Source: an uncultured Gemmatimonadales bacterium
GTDB lineage: Bacteria > Gemmatimonadota > Gemmatimonadetes > Gemmatimonadales > Gemmatimonadaceae
Assembly (NCBI GenBank): GCA_963851265.1
Contig: CAWKNZ010000002.1
Coordinates: 1,632,001-1,696,000 of the forward strand
Direction of reading: 5' to 3'
Length of the DNA: 64,000 nucleotides
Shown in pieces: positions 49,201 to 59,220 of the stretch. The first letter of the stretch is position 1, and each line of letters begins with the position of its first letter. Made by a program: the position numbers and the translations under genes. The notes beneath the pieces were generated by a model, which searched no databases, was not told where the DNA came from, and saw only the letters and a list, made by a program, of their open reading frames with translations.

Positions 49201-49777
49201 GTCGCTCCAGCAGGCGATCCGCGAAATCGACACGACCGCGCGCGAGCTGTTCCTCGCCACGTTCGCGCAGACGCGCGAGAACTTCCGGCAAATCTTCCAG
49301 ACACTATTCGGCGGCGGCGAGTGCGACCTGCGGCTGGAGGACCCGTCGCGCCCCCTCGACTGCGACATCGAGGTGCACGCGAGCCCGCGCGGCAAGCGCA
49401 CGCAGCGCATTCATCTACTCTCGAGCGGGGAGCGCGCGCTCGTCGCGCTGTCGCTGCTCTTCGGGATCTTCCTCACGAAGCCGAGCCCGTTCTGCCTGCT
49501 CGACGAGGTCGACGCGCCGCTCGACGACCAGAACGTCGGGCGCTTCGTGCGCATGCTCAACCAGTTCAAGCGCAACACGCAGTTCATCGTCATCACGCAC
49601 AACCCGCGCACCACCACCGAGGCGGCCGACGCGGTGTACGGCGTGACGATGCAGGAGCCCGGCGTGAGTTCGGTCGTGAGCGTGCGGCTGCGCGGCGGCC
49701 CCACCGTCGACGCGGACGCAGCCGACGCGACGCGAGACGACGCGGCGTCGCGCGCGCTCGCGCTGGCGGGAGACTGA
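46223..49777 (+). CDS. smc: Chromosome partition protein SMC
   Basis: GFKSFA, VGPNGCGKSN, long coiled coils with hinge, LSSGE, LDEVDAPLD, VITH. Confidence 0.96.
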   Translation: MRLTKLELHGFKSFADHTTLRFDAGATAVVGPNGCGKSNVSDAIRWVLGEQRARMLRGGSMTEVIFQGSSARRPVNVAEVSLHFDNSEGVLPVPFREVVITRRLSRSGDSDYFLNRAPCRLRDVQDLVRGTGLGADSGVVIESKMIDALLSDRPDDRRELFEEAAGVGLYRDRRRSTERRLDETAQDLSRLDDLVNEVASQTRALARQRKRAERHAELTARRFALELTLAAREMLGWRDELHALDARLAELQLLSPQVAAQLAEAERTRETAAGARAAADAMRHELSRITGSARQAVLTLRGELAVADERQRNASSRRARAEEERQQGQAAGERTAAERAHAAADRAQAERAVADAAAALEERVAVEDETRRVVAATRQRAEQADRQARDLREQARRLEIDRDAAVREQQETAARLASLDRDLSAARERLAVVRRDAEHAARAVALAREEALVAQQAVDEARQGVRAAREADAGARAELARAEQEHTALGARAHALEALERDRVGLAPAAARLLKERARFGDGAVLGPLSDFLDADADAAADVERFLGANLYAVVVRDRAAADAVRAWHAAANPGPLLLLPADAAGARPSDAGAASAAGGLAERVRAGGDAAGWARVLLGGVESLGGGAFADARGAVLLPGAAVGPGTLRRRAELAELRTQLDALEAVRERARAAVVAARSALADAEREQASAAETLTVAQQDARRADDVAADLARRQHRAERELADAEHLVGRLGARMEELRARAAQLTERATSAVEQAAQRDADSGEARAALGEAEHALEAAREERTVWQVEQAQSQARLQSAADRERRLAGEVAQAAARVEQITRELLTLDSADGELAQHAAEWRVTLDAREAELGDAESRLAEAEEALAATTHAVNDAAESLDAIRRDSTRLADEMHAAALRHTQLAGRRDALRSRLETEWRRPLDELIARHESVEGEPEALARELGEVRSQLEQLGVVNPLAVEEHEEEVRRLDFLTGQRADLQQARVSLQQAIREIDTTARELFLATFAQTRENFRQIFQTLFGGGECDLRLEDPSRPLDCDIEVHASPRGKRTQRIHLLSSGERALVALSLLFGIFLTKPSPFCLLDEVDAPLDDQNVGRFVRMLNQFKRNTQFIVITHNPRTTTEAADAVYGVTMQEPGVSSVVSVRLRGGPTVDADAADATRDDAASRALALAGD

Positions 49778-49779
49778 CC

Positions 49780-50574
49780 GTGGCAGGCGCGTTCGCGATT
49801 CGCCTGACGACGATCGGCACCGGTACGGTCCCGCCTTCGGCCACCCGCGTCAATCCCGGGCATCTCGTCGAAGCGGGCGCCGTGCGGCTGCTCATGGATT
49901 GCGGCAGCGGCGTCGTGCACCGGATGGCGACGCTCGGCGTCGACTGGGCCTCGATCACGCACGTCGCGCTCACGCACTTCGACCAAGACCACACGAGCGA
50001 CGTGGCCGCGCTGTTCATCGCCTGGCGGTACGGGCAGCTGCCGCCGCGCGCGGCCCCGGTGGTGGTGCTGGGACCGGTCGGCACGCGCGGGCTGCTCGAC
50101 CGCCTCGCGGCGGCGCTCTGGGCGACGCTGCTCACGCCCGGGTTCCCGGTCGAGGTGGTCGAGCTGGCGGCGGGCGCGACGCACGTTCTCGGCGACGGCG
50201 TCGTGCTCTCGACGCGCGCGGTCACGCACCAGCCGGAGAGCATCGCCTACGCGGTCGAGCACGCGGGGCGCCGCGTGGTCTACACCGGCGACACCGCGCC
50301 CGACCCGACGTTAGGCGCCTGGGCGCGCGGCGAGGGCGGGTGCGACGTGCTCCTCACGGAATGTTCGCTCCCCGAGACGATGGCCGTGCCGTCGCACCTG
50401 ACGCCCGAGAGCGTGGGCGACCTCGCCGCTGCGGCCGACCCGGGGCTGCTGGTGCTGGCGCACCTGTACCCGCCCGTGGAGGCGCTCGACCTGCCCGCGA
50501 TAATCGGCGGGCGATGGCGGGGACGCGTGGTGGTGGCGCACGACGGCTGGTCGGTGGAGTTGCCGCCGCGGTAA
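49780..50574 (+). CDS. Metallo-beta-lactamase-fold hydrolase (RNase Z/AtsA-like)
   Basis: GTGT, LMDCGSG, THFDQDHTSD, YTGDT, HLTP, LAHLYP. Confidence 0.85.
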   Translation: MAGAFAIRLTTIGTGTVPPSATRVNPGHLVEAGAVRLLMDCGSGVVHRMATLGVDWASITHVALTHFDQDHTSDVAALFIAWRYGQLPPRAAPVVVLGPVGTRGLLDRLAAALWATLLTPGFPVEVVELAAGATHVLGDGVVLSTRAVTHQPESIAYAVEHAGRRVVYTGDTAPDPTLGAWARGEGGCDVLLTECSLPETMAVPSHLTPESVGDLAAAADPGLLVLAHLYPPVEALDLPAIIGGRWRGRVVVAHDGWSVELPPR

Positions 50575-50661
50575 TCGCCGCGCCGGGAACGGCGCGCCGG
50601 TGCCGACGCCTTGCCGGGTCCGACGGTTGCACTGATCTCGTTCCATTCCTGAGGAGTACAC

Positions 50662-51714
50662 ATGCTAGTGGTCATGCAGGCCGACGCCACGCCGAGTCAG
50701 ATCGAAGGCGTCTGCGACGCGATTCGCGAGATGGGCTTCGAGCCGCTGCCGATGCCGGGCGCTCAGCGCACCGCCGTCGGACTCATCGGCAACGACGGGC
50801 AGGTGGACGGGTCGCACATCTCGGCAATGGGCGGCGTGGCGCAGGTGCTGTACGTGTCGAAGCCGTACAAGCAGGTCTCGCGCGAGTGGAAGCCCGAGAG
50901 CTCCGTCATCGAGATCGCACCCGGCGTGCGGTTCGGCGCGGGCGAGGTGCCCGTGATCGCCGGGCCGTGCTCGGTCGAGAACGAGCGCCAGATCATCGCC
51001 TCGGCGCACGCGGTCCGCGACGCGGGCGCGGTCGCGCTGCGTGGCGGCGCGTTCAAGCCGCGCTCGTCGCCGTACAGCTTCCAGGGGCTCGGCCGCGAGG
51101 GGCTCGTGCTGCTCGCGAAGGCGCGCGAGGAGACCGGCCTCGCGATCGTCACCGAGGCGCTCGACGAGGAGGGCGCGCACCAGGTCGCCGAGTTCGCCGA
51201 TCTGGTCCAGATCGGCGCGCGCAACATGCAGAACTTCTCGCTCCTGCGGCTCGTGGGCCGGCTCGGCAAGCCGGTGCTGCTCAAGCGCGGCATGGCCGCG
51301 ACCATCCAGGAGCTGCTGCTCGCGGCGGAGTACGTCCTCGCGGCAGGCAACCCCAACGTGATTCTCTGCGAGCGCGGCGTGCGCGGGTTCGATCCGGCCA
51401 CGCGCAACATCTTCGACGTGAGCGCGGTGCCGCTCGTGCACAAGCTGTCGCACCTGCCCATCGTCGCCGACCCCAGCCACGGCGTGGGCGTGCGCGAGTA
51501 CGTGCCGGCGATGGCGCGCGCGGCGGTGGCGGCCGGTGCCGACGGACTGATCATCGAGGTGCACCCGAACCCCGACCGCGCGCTGTCCGACGGCGCGCAG
51601 TCGCTCTACCCCGACCAGTTCGCGAAGCTGATGCGCGAGGTGGACGCCATCGCGCGGGCGATCGGGCGCGAGATCGCCGCGCCGACCGGAACGGGGGTGG
51701 CGGCGGCGGGGTAG
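50662..51714 (+). CDS. aroF: DAHP synthase (class I-beta, N-terminal regulatory domain)
   Basis: [65 protein letters not shown]. Confidence 0.95.
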   Translation: MLVVMQADATPSQIEGVCDAIREMGFEPLPMPGAQRTAVGLIGNDGQVDGSHISAMGGVAQVLYVSKPYKQVSREWKPESSVIEIAPGVRFGAGEVPVIAGPCSVENERQIIASAHAVRDAGAVALRGGAFKPRSSPYSFQGLGREGLVLLAKAREETGLAIVTEALDEEGAHQVAEFADLVQIGARNMQNFSLLRLVGRLGKPVLLKRGMAATIQELLLAAEYVLAAGNPNVILCERGVRGFDPATRNIFDVSAVPLVHKLSHLPIVADPSHGVGVREYVPAMARAAVAAGADGLIIEVHPNPDRALSDGAQSLYPDQFAKLMREVDAIARAIGREIAAPTGTGVAAAG

Positions 51715-51722
51715 ATCGTGGC

Positions 51723-52436
51723 ATGACATCGTCATTCGGATTCACCCGCGGCGCGTTGCCCGCGGGCCTGCTCGCCGCCGCTGCGCTCGCGGCGGGCCTA
51801 ACGGCATCGCCGGCCGGCGCGCAGGACCCGGCGTCGGCCGCGATCGACCGCGCCGCGCAGGCGTTCCGCGCGGCGCGCACCATCCACGCGACGTTCGAGC
51901 AGACGCTCAGCAATCCCGCGACGGGTACGACGAACACCACGTCGGGCGACCTCTCGCTCGCGCAGCCCAACCGCGTCGCGCTCCGCTTCAACAACGCGGG
52001 CGGCGATCGCGTGATCGTCGACGGCCGCACCGCGTGGGTGTACCTGCCGAGTGCGGCGCCCGGGCAGGTGATGAAGCTGCCCGCCCGCAGCACCGGCATC
52101 TCGGGCGTCGAGAGCGTGAGCGAGCTGCTGGCCTCGCCCCGCTCGAGGTACACCGTCGCCGATGGGGGCGCCGCAACGGTCGGCGGCCGGGCGACGCGCG
52201 TGGTCGTGCTCACGCCGAAGGCCGACGGCCAGCCCGTGACGAAGGCGCGCGTGTGGGTGGACGACCAGGACGGCGCCGTGCGCCAGATGGAACTGACCGA
52301 CGCGAACGGGCTGGTCCGCTCGCTGCGCATGACGACGTGGGAGCCCAATGCGAAGCTCGCGCCGTCGACGTTCACGTTCGAGGTCCCGAGCGGGGTTCGC
52401 GTCGTCGATCGGGCGCCGGCGCCGACCGGCCGCTGA
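51723..52436 (+). CDS. lolA: Outer-membrane lipoprotein carrier LolA-like protein
   Basis: Signal peptide; ATFEQT, G....QPNR, IVDGRTAWVYLP...QV, FTFEVPSGVRVVD. Confidence 0.8.
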   Translation: MTSSFGFTRGALPAGLLAAAALAAGLTASPAGAQDPASAAIDRAAQAFRAARTIHATFEQTLSNPATGTTNTTSGDLSLAQPNRVALRFNNAGGDRVIVDGRTAWVYLPSAAPGQVMKLPARSTGISGVESVSELLASPRSRYTVADGGAATVGGRATRVVVLTPKADGQPVTKARVWVDDQDGAVRQMELTDANGLVRSLRMTTWEPNAKLAPSTFTFEVPSGVRVVDRAPAPTGR

Positions 52437-52449
52437 CCCGCGTTCGGCG

Positions 52450-53346
52450 TTAGGCTGGGTCCGAACCGTCCGCCGAGCCACGGCGCGGTCGAGCTTCGGG
52501 CCGCTCGAGCATCGAGGCGATGACGTCTAGACCGCGTCGCGGCGGCGCGCCCGATTCCCGGGCGACATCGACGGTCGCACGCGCGAGCGCGCGGTAGAGT
52601 GCGTCGGCGTCGGCGTCCGCGGTGAGTGCCGCGAGGTGGCGTGCGACGGTCGCGGCGTCGCCGCGCGCGACCGGGCCGGTGAGCGCGGCGGCGGGATCCA
52701 TCGCGGCGCCGACGTTCGCCGCCGCCGACGCGAGCAGCCCGCGTACAGCACCGCGCGCGCCCTCGCGCTCGACCCCCGCAGCCGCGAACAGCCGCTCGGC
52801 GGTCGCGGCGAGTACTACGGGAAAGTTCGACGCGAACACGGCGGCCGCGTGATAGACCGCGCGCGCATCGGGCGCGTCCGGGATCGTGAGGGTGCGCGCC
52901 GCGATGCGGTCCGCCAAGCGACGCCCCATCGTCACCGCCGCCGCGTCGCCGCCGAGCCCGATCCAGACGCCGCGCAGGCGCTCGGCCCCGGAGTTCGGGT
53001 CAGCGAGCGGCACGAGGGGGTGGAACGTACCGACCCCGGCGACGCGGCCGCGAAGGACGGCATCCGACGCGTCGGGCGCGCGGGCGCCGCTCAGCTGCAA
53101 CACCACCGCATGCGGCCCCGGCCCCGCGCGGGTGTGCGCGGCAGCCGCGAGCTCCTCGAAGACGCCAGTCACGGCCGCATCGGGCACCGCGACGATCACC
53201 ACGTCGACGACACCGACCACCGTGGGCAGCGGGCGGTCGCGCCCCCAGGTTCCCAGCACCGGCACGGACGCCGCCTCGAGCGCTGCCGCGAGCGAGCGTC
53301 CGGCCTTCCCCGCCCCGACCACGCACGCGCTCGGCGCGTCCGGCAT
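52450..53346 (-). CDS. Rossmann-like plus DUF2520 oxidoreductase (PanG-like)
   Basis: VVGAGKAG, AVPD, LSGA, FHPL, YHAAAVFASNF, LTGPVARGD..TV..HL. Confidence 0.85.
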   Translation of the reverse strand: MPDAPSACVVGAGKAGRSLAAALEAASVPVLGTWGRDRPLPTVVGVVDVVIVAVPDAAVTGVFEELAAAAHTRAGPGPHAVVLQLSGARAPDASDAVLRGRVAGVGTFHPLVPLADPNSGAERLRGVWIGLGGDAAAVTMGRRLADRIAARTLTIPDAPDARAVYHAAAVFASNFPVVLAATAERLFAAAGVEREGARGAVRGLLASAAANVGAAMDPAAALTGPVARGDAATVARHLAALTADADADALYRALARATVDVARESGAPPRRGLDVIASMLERPEARPRRGSADGSDPA

Positions 53347-53384
53347 CCCGCCGCGCCGCACGCGCGTCGCCCGGCGCGTACGGC

Positions 53385-55103
53385 CTAACGCGTCGCCGGG
53401 TGCGCGGCCGAGTCGGCCGCGGCACGTGCGCGCGCCACGCTGTCCGCCCGAGCCGCCGCCGTCGCACGCCCGAGCAGTTGCGCGGGCGAGGTCGCGCCGG
53501 CGGCCAGCCCACGCGCGGTGCGGAGGGCGACGTCGTCGACGGCGCGGCGCTGGAACTCCGCGTCGGGGCCGAACACGGTGCGCGCGACCTCGTACCCGAT
53601 CTGCCGGTCGACGAGCGAACGGGCCGCGTCGAACGTCGCACGGGTCATCACGACGTGGCGCGCCGCGAGCCCGCGCCAGACCGCGTCGCGCGAGGCCGGC
53701 GTGACCGCGAAGCCCGGATGCGCGGCAAGCGCGCGCGCGCCCGGGCTCGCCGCGTACTCCGCGACCGCGTCGCGGAACGCGGTCACCTGCCGGCCGAGCG
53801 CGCGGACGAACGCCAACTCGGCCGGGGCGGCGGCGGTGTCGCCGGCCACGACGTCTGGCGCGATGCCGCCGGCGCCGAACACCGTCCGTCCGCCGTCGGT
53901 GTGGAAACGCGGGCGGTGCGCGCCGGCGTTGTCGGGGCTGCTCCCCGGCGCGTCGTCCTCCGCGGCCACCTCGTCCGGCGTGGCGAGCGGGCGGCTGATG
54001 GAGCGCCCGGACGGCGTGTACCAGAGCGCGGTCGTCAGCTTCAACGCACCCCCGCCCGCAACGGGGAAGACGTTCTGCTTGCTCCCCTTCCCGTACGTGG
54101 GCGTGCCGACGACGGCCGCGCGGTCGTGGTCCTGGAGCGCGCCGACGACGATCTCCGCCGCGCTCGCGGTGCCGCCGTCGACGAGCACGACGAGCGGGAG
54201 CCCGGCGTACTGCGCCGGAAGCGAGTCGACGTAGCGGTGCTCGTCGTCGGGCGTGCGGCCGGCCGTGCGCACGACGAGTTGGCCGGGGGCGAGGAACAGG
54301 TCGGCCACCCCCACGCCCTGGTCGATCGATCCACCGGGATTGCCGCGCAGATCGAACACGACCGACGTCGCGCCTAACGCGTGCAGCGAGTCGATCGCCT
54401 GGCGCACCTCCCCGGCCGACGCCGCGGTGAACGCGGCGAGATCGAGGTAGCCGACGCCGTCGCCGAGGAGGGCGACGCGGCGCACCGAGCGGAGCCGGAC
54501 CTCCTCGCGCGTGACCGTGACCGGGATGCGGCCTTCGATCCCCGGCCGCTCGACGACGAACCGCACGGGCGTGTTGGGCGCGCCGCGCAGACGCTTGGTC
54601 GCCTCTTCGGCGGTGAGTCCGTGCGTTGGATCGCCGGCGATCTCGACGATCCGGTCGCCCGCGCGCACCCCCGCCCGCTCACCCGGCGACCCGGGCACCG
54701 GATTCACCACCGTGACGACGCCGTCGCGCACGTCGAGCCGCAGGCCGACGCCGGCGTAGGTGCCCGCGGCGGTCTCGGTCAGTCTCCGCAGGCGCTCGGG
54801 GGTGAGGAGCGCGCTGTTGGGATCGCCGAGTTCGCGTACGAGCCCCACGGCGGCCTGGTCCCGCAGACGTTCGGGCGCGATCGAGTCGACGTACTCGCGC
54901 GCGACGCGGCGGCTCACCTCGTCGAACAGGTGCGCGCCGGCCGCGGTGCTGGGCCCCTGCCCCTGCACACCGCGCCCGACGAGCCACGCCCCCGCGACGA
55001 CGGCCGCGGACAGCGCGGCGAGGACGACCACGGGTTTCGGATGCACGCGCACGCGGGGGGTGGTGGACGGAGCGGAAGGACGCGCCTCGGGACCGGGGCG
55101 CAC
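53385..55103 (-). CDS. Carboxyl-terminal processing protease (S41, PDZ)
   Basis: LGDPNS, GVGL (PDZ), DLRGNPGG, TASAAEIV, TYGKGS, LKLTTALWYTPSGRSI, GGIAPD. Confidence 0.93.
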   Translation of the reverse strand: MRPGPEARPSAPSTTPRVRVHPKPVVVLAALSAAVVAGAWLVGRGVQGQGPSTAAGAHLFDEVSRRVAREYVDSIAPERLRDQAAVGLVRELGDPNSALLTPERLRRLTETAAGTYAGVGLRLDVRDGVVTVVNPVPGSPGERAGVRAGDRIVEIAGDPTHGLTAEEATKRLRGAPNTPVRFVVERPGIEGRIPVTVTREEVRLRSVRRVALLGDGVGYLDLAAFTAASAGEVRQAIDSLHALGATSVVFDLRGNPGGSIDQGVGVADLFLAPGQLVVRTAGRTPDDEHRYVDSLPAQYAGLPLVVLVDGGTASAAEIVVGALQDHDRAAVVGTPTYGKGSKQNVFPVAGGGALKLTTALWYTPSGRSISRPLATPDEVAAEDDAPGSSPDNAGAHRPRFHTDGGRTVFGAGGIAPDVVAGDTAAAPAELAFVRALGRQVTAFRDAVAEYAASPGARALAAHPGFAVTPASRDAVWRGLAARHVVMTRATFDAARSLVDRQIGYEVARTVFGPDAEFQRRAVDDVALRTARGLAAGATSPAQLLGRATAAARADSVARARAAADSAAHPATR

Positions 55104-55792
55104 TACTGAGACTCGACGAGGGCGCGGAATGTTTCGGCGTCGGCCCAGCGCGCGGCGACCGCGGCGTCCGCGAGTGCGGCGGCGACCCGGCCTGCCACCG
55201 CGTCGGGCGTGCCCTCCGCGTCGACGAGCGTGACCGGGCCCACCTCGGGGTGCGCGGCCTGCCACGCCGGATCGGCGGCGCGCCCGAATGCGTCCGCGAC
55301 CCGCGCGTGGAACGCCGCGCCCGCCTGCTCCAGCCGGTCGGGGGCTCCGCGCGCCGCAACGCGTGCCGCGCTCGTCGCGGGGGCGCAGGTCAGGAGCAGC
55401 GTGAGGTCGGGCACGAGGCCGTTCGTCGCGAGCGCGTTTGCCGCGCGCACGCCGCGCGCGTCGAGGCCGCGCCCGGCAATCTGGTACGCGTAGGTGGAGA
55501 GGAAGAAGCGGTCGAGAATGACCACGCGCCCGGCCGCCAGATCGGCCACGACGCGCGCGACGAGCTGCGCGCGCGCGGCCATGAACAGGAGCGCCTCGGC
55601 CCGCGCGTCGATCTCCGCCGCGGGGTCGAGCAGGAGCGCGCGTACGCGCTCGCCGAGCATGGTCGCTCCCGGTTCGCGGTACGTCGCCACGTCGGCCCCA
55701 GCCGCGCCGCACGCGGCCGCGAGCCGGGCCACCTGCGTCGACTTGCCCACGCCCTCGGCGCCCTCGAAGACGACGAGGTGCCCGGGCGGCAT
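55103..55792 (-). CDS. tmk: Thymidylate kinase
   Basis: FEGAEGVGKSTQ, REPG, LLFMAARAQ, LDRF..ST.AYQ..GRG, PDLT, DRLE. Confidence 0.95.
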   Translation of the reverse strand: MPPGHLVVFEGAEGVGKSTQVARLAAACGAAGADVATYREPGATMLGERVRALLLDPAAEIDARAEALLFMAARAQLVARVVADLAAGRVVILDRFFLSTYAYQIAGRGLDARGVRAANALATNGLVPDLTLLLTCAPATSAARVAARGAPDRLEQAGAAFHARVADAFGRAADPAWQAAHPEVGPVTLVDAEGTPDAVAGRVAAALADAAVAARWADAETFRALVESQ

Positions 55793-55806
55793 CGCGACGC
55801 CCGCGC

Positions 55807-56160
55807 TCAGGTGAGCGTGATGATCGGGCTCGCCGCGCCCTTCCGGATCCCTTCGGAGATCCACTCGTTCACGCGGGCCATGAGTTTGTCGAAGTTGTCC
55901 TGCGCGGAGACGTAGCGCTGGTAGGTCCCGTTGGTCTGCACCTGCGAGAGCAGCTCGTCGAGCCGGCGCTCCATCTCGTCGGTGGGGTTCTCGCCGCGTT
56001 CGAGCAGGCGCTGCGCGTCCACGCGCAGCTGCTCCATCTCGCGCAGGGCGGCAACAGCCGTGCGGTCCTCGTTCAGCGCGTCGCTCGAGCGCTTCACGGC
56101 CTTGTACTCCTCACTCTGGCCGATCTGACGGCCGAGCTCATTGGCTTTTTCCTGGATCAT
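55807..56160 (-). CDS. YlbF/YmcA (Com_YlbF) family protein
   Basis: IQEKANELGRQI..SEEY, helical, Y..AQ..F.KLM..VNE.I. Confidence 0.8.
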   Translation of the reverse strand: MIQEKANELGRQIGQSEEYKAVKRSSDALNEDRTAVAALREMEQLRVDAQRLLERGENPTDEMERRLDELLSQVQTNGTYQRYVSAQDNFDKLMARVNEWISEGIRKGAASPIITLT

Positions 56161-56178
56161 CCCCGTAATAAAGGGACC

Positions 56179-57073
56179 TCAGCGCCGAGCCGCGAGCACG
56201 AACCGCTCGCGTCCCGCGAGGTCGAGGCGCACGGCCACGTCGGCGTAGCGAGCGTCGCTCGACACCAGCTCGGCCGCGATGCCCGCGCGTCGCGCGTCGA
56301 CCTCGAGAGCCAGCAGCCCGCCCGGCGCGAGGAGGGCGGGTGCGTCGCGGACGATCGCCGCGATCGCGGCCATTCCGTCCGCGCCGGCGAACAGGGCGAG
56401 CGCGGGCTCCCAGTCGCGCACGCCGGCCGGCAGCGCGGCCGCCTCGTGGTACGCGATGTACGGAGGATTGCTCACCACCGCCCGCAACTGCCCGCGCATG
56501 TCGTCGACCGGGGCGAGGAACGCGCCGTGGCGGAACTCGACTGCCGCACGCAGCGCCGGGCCCAGGTGCGCCGCGTTGGCGCGCGCCACTTCCAGCGCGT
56601 CGGTCGACACGTCGGTGCCGATCACGCGCTCGAACGCGCCCTCACTCGCGAGCGCGAGCGCGATCGCCCCCGACCCGGTGCCGACGTCCACGACGATGCC
56701 GCCGGGAGCGTCCGCGAGGCGCCCGAGCACCTCGTCGACGAGCACCTCGGTCTCCTGCCGCGGAATGAGCACGCGCTCGTCCACGTCGAGCGTGAGGTGG
56801 CGGAAAGCCGCGCGCCCGACCGCGTACGCGAACGGCGCCCCGCGGGCGCGCCGCTCGGCCGCCGCGTGCGCGGCCGCGACGAGCGCAGGTTCGGCGGGCT
56901 CGGCGGCCCGGAGCGTAGGCCAGAAGCGCGGCTGGTCGGCGAGCGCGGCGACGAGGTCGCGCGCCTCCGCGCGCGACTCGGCCAGCCCCGCGTGCGCGAG
57001 GATCGGCGAGAGCGCGTCGACGAGCCCGCCCACCGTCGTGGCGCGCGTGGAGGCCACCGTCCCTCCCGCGCGG

Positions 57074-57081
<8 letters not shown>
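56179..57081 (-). CDS. prmC: Release factor glutamine methyltransferase
   Basis: VLIPRQETE, DVGTGSGAIA, SNPPY, EPALAL, DLAGRER. Confidence 0.95.
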
Positions 57082-58156
<1,075 letters not shown>

Positions 58157-58329
58157 GCGAGCGCCCAATCTAGCCGGCTCAGGAGCGTGCCACCGCCGCC
58201 GAACGCCGCCGAGCCATGCGGCAGACGCGCGACGATCGCGTGACCTGCCGCACATGGCCGAGGGACGCTGGACCGCGGGAGAACGCGTGTGGCTTGACGG
58301 CCGTGCGGTCGGTGGCGCACCGTTCCGCC

Positions 58330-59220
58330 ATGTCGAGCATCCCTGCGCCCACGCCCCATCCACGCGTGGCCGAGTTCCTCGGTTACGTCCCGATCCTGCA
58401 ACGCCTCGCGCCCGAGGAGCGGCGCGCGCTCGCCGCGCTCGTCCGGGAGCAGCGGGTCCCGCGCGGCGGCCTCATCGTACGTCAGGGCGATCCGGGCGAC
58501 GCGCTCTACATCGTGCGCTCGGGCATGGTGAAGGTCGCGGTCGTGGGCGATGACGGACGCGAGGTGATCCTCGGCACGCTCGGGCCCACGGCGCACTTCG
58601 GCGAACTCGCGCTCGTCGACGGGCAACCGCGGTCGGCGCACGTGCTCGCGATGGAGCCGACCGCGCTGTACGTGCTGCGACGCGACGATTTCCGGCGGCA
58701 GGTGGAGCAGATGCCGCGCGTGGCGTGGGCGCTGCTCGAGGAGATCTCGCGCCGGCTGCGCGAGGCCGACGCCAAGATCGCGGGGCTCGTCCTGCTCGAC
58801 GTCCCCGGGCGGGTCGCGCGCCTCGTCCTCGACCGCGCGTCGGGGACGCCGGGCGTCGTGGAGCGTGCTCCCACGCACGAGGTGATCGCACAGATGATCG
58901 GCGCGAGCCGCGAGACGGTGTCGCGCGCGATGAAGGAACTGCAGGGCGCTGGTCTGCTGCGCATGGAACGCCGCCTGATCGCGATCCTCGACCGCGAGGG
59001 ACTCGAGCGGCGCGCGGCGCCGGGCGCCGGCGCGCGCGCGAAGGCGGAACGCGCGGCGGCCGACGACGCGGCGAACGACGCGACCGAGCAGCACACGGGC
59101 GAGCACGAGGCGGTCGGCGACGATGCTGCCGGCCACGACGCGGGCGGCCCCGACGCGATGGACGCCGCCGCCTCGCGCGACGCCGGGGGCGACGCGCCGG
59201 CGGTGGTCGCCGCGGGGTGA
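58330..59220 (+). CDS. Crp/Fnr-family transcriptional regulator
   Basis: cNMP-binding FGELAL...PRSA; HTH THEVIAQMIGASRETVSR; acidic low-complexity tail. Confidence 0.93.
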   Translation: MSSIPAPTPHPRVAEFLGYVPILQRLAPEERRALAALVREQRVPRGGLIVRQGDPGDALYIVRSGMVKVAVVGDDGREVILGTLGPTAHFGELALVDGQPRSAHVLAMEPTALYVLRRDDFRRQVEQMPRVAWALLEEISRRLREADAKIAGLVLLDVPGRVARLVLDRASGTPGVVERAPTHEVIAQMIGASRETVSRAMKELQGAGLLRMERRLIAILDREGLERRAAPGAGARAKAERAAADDAANDATEQHTGEHEAVGDDAAGHDAGGPDAMDAAASRDAGGDAPAVVAAG

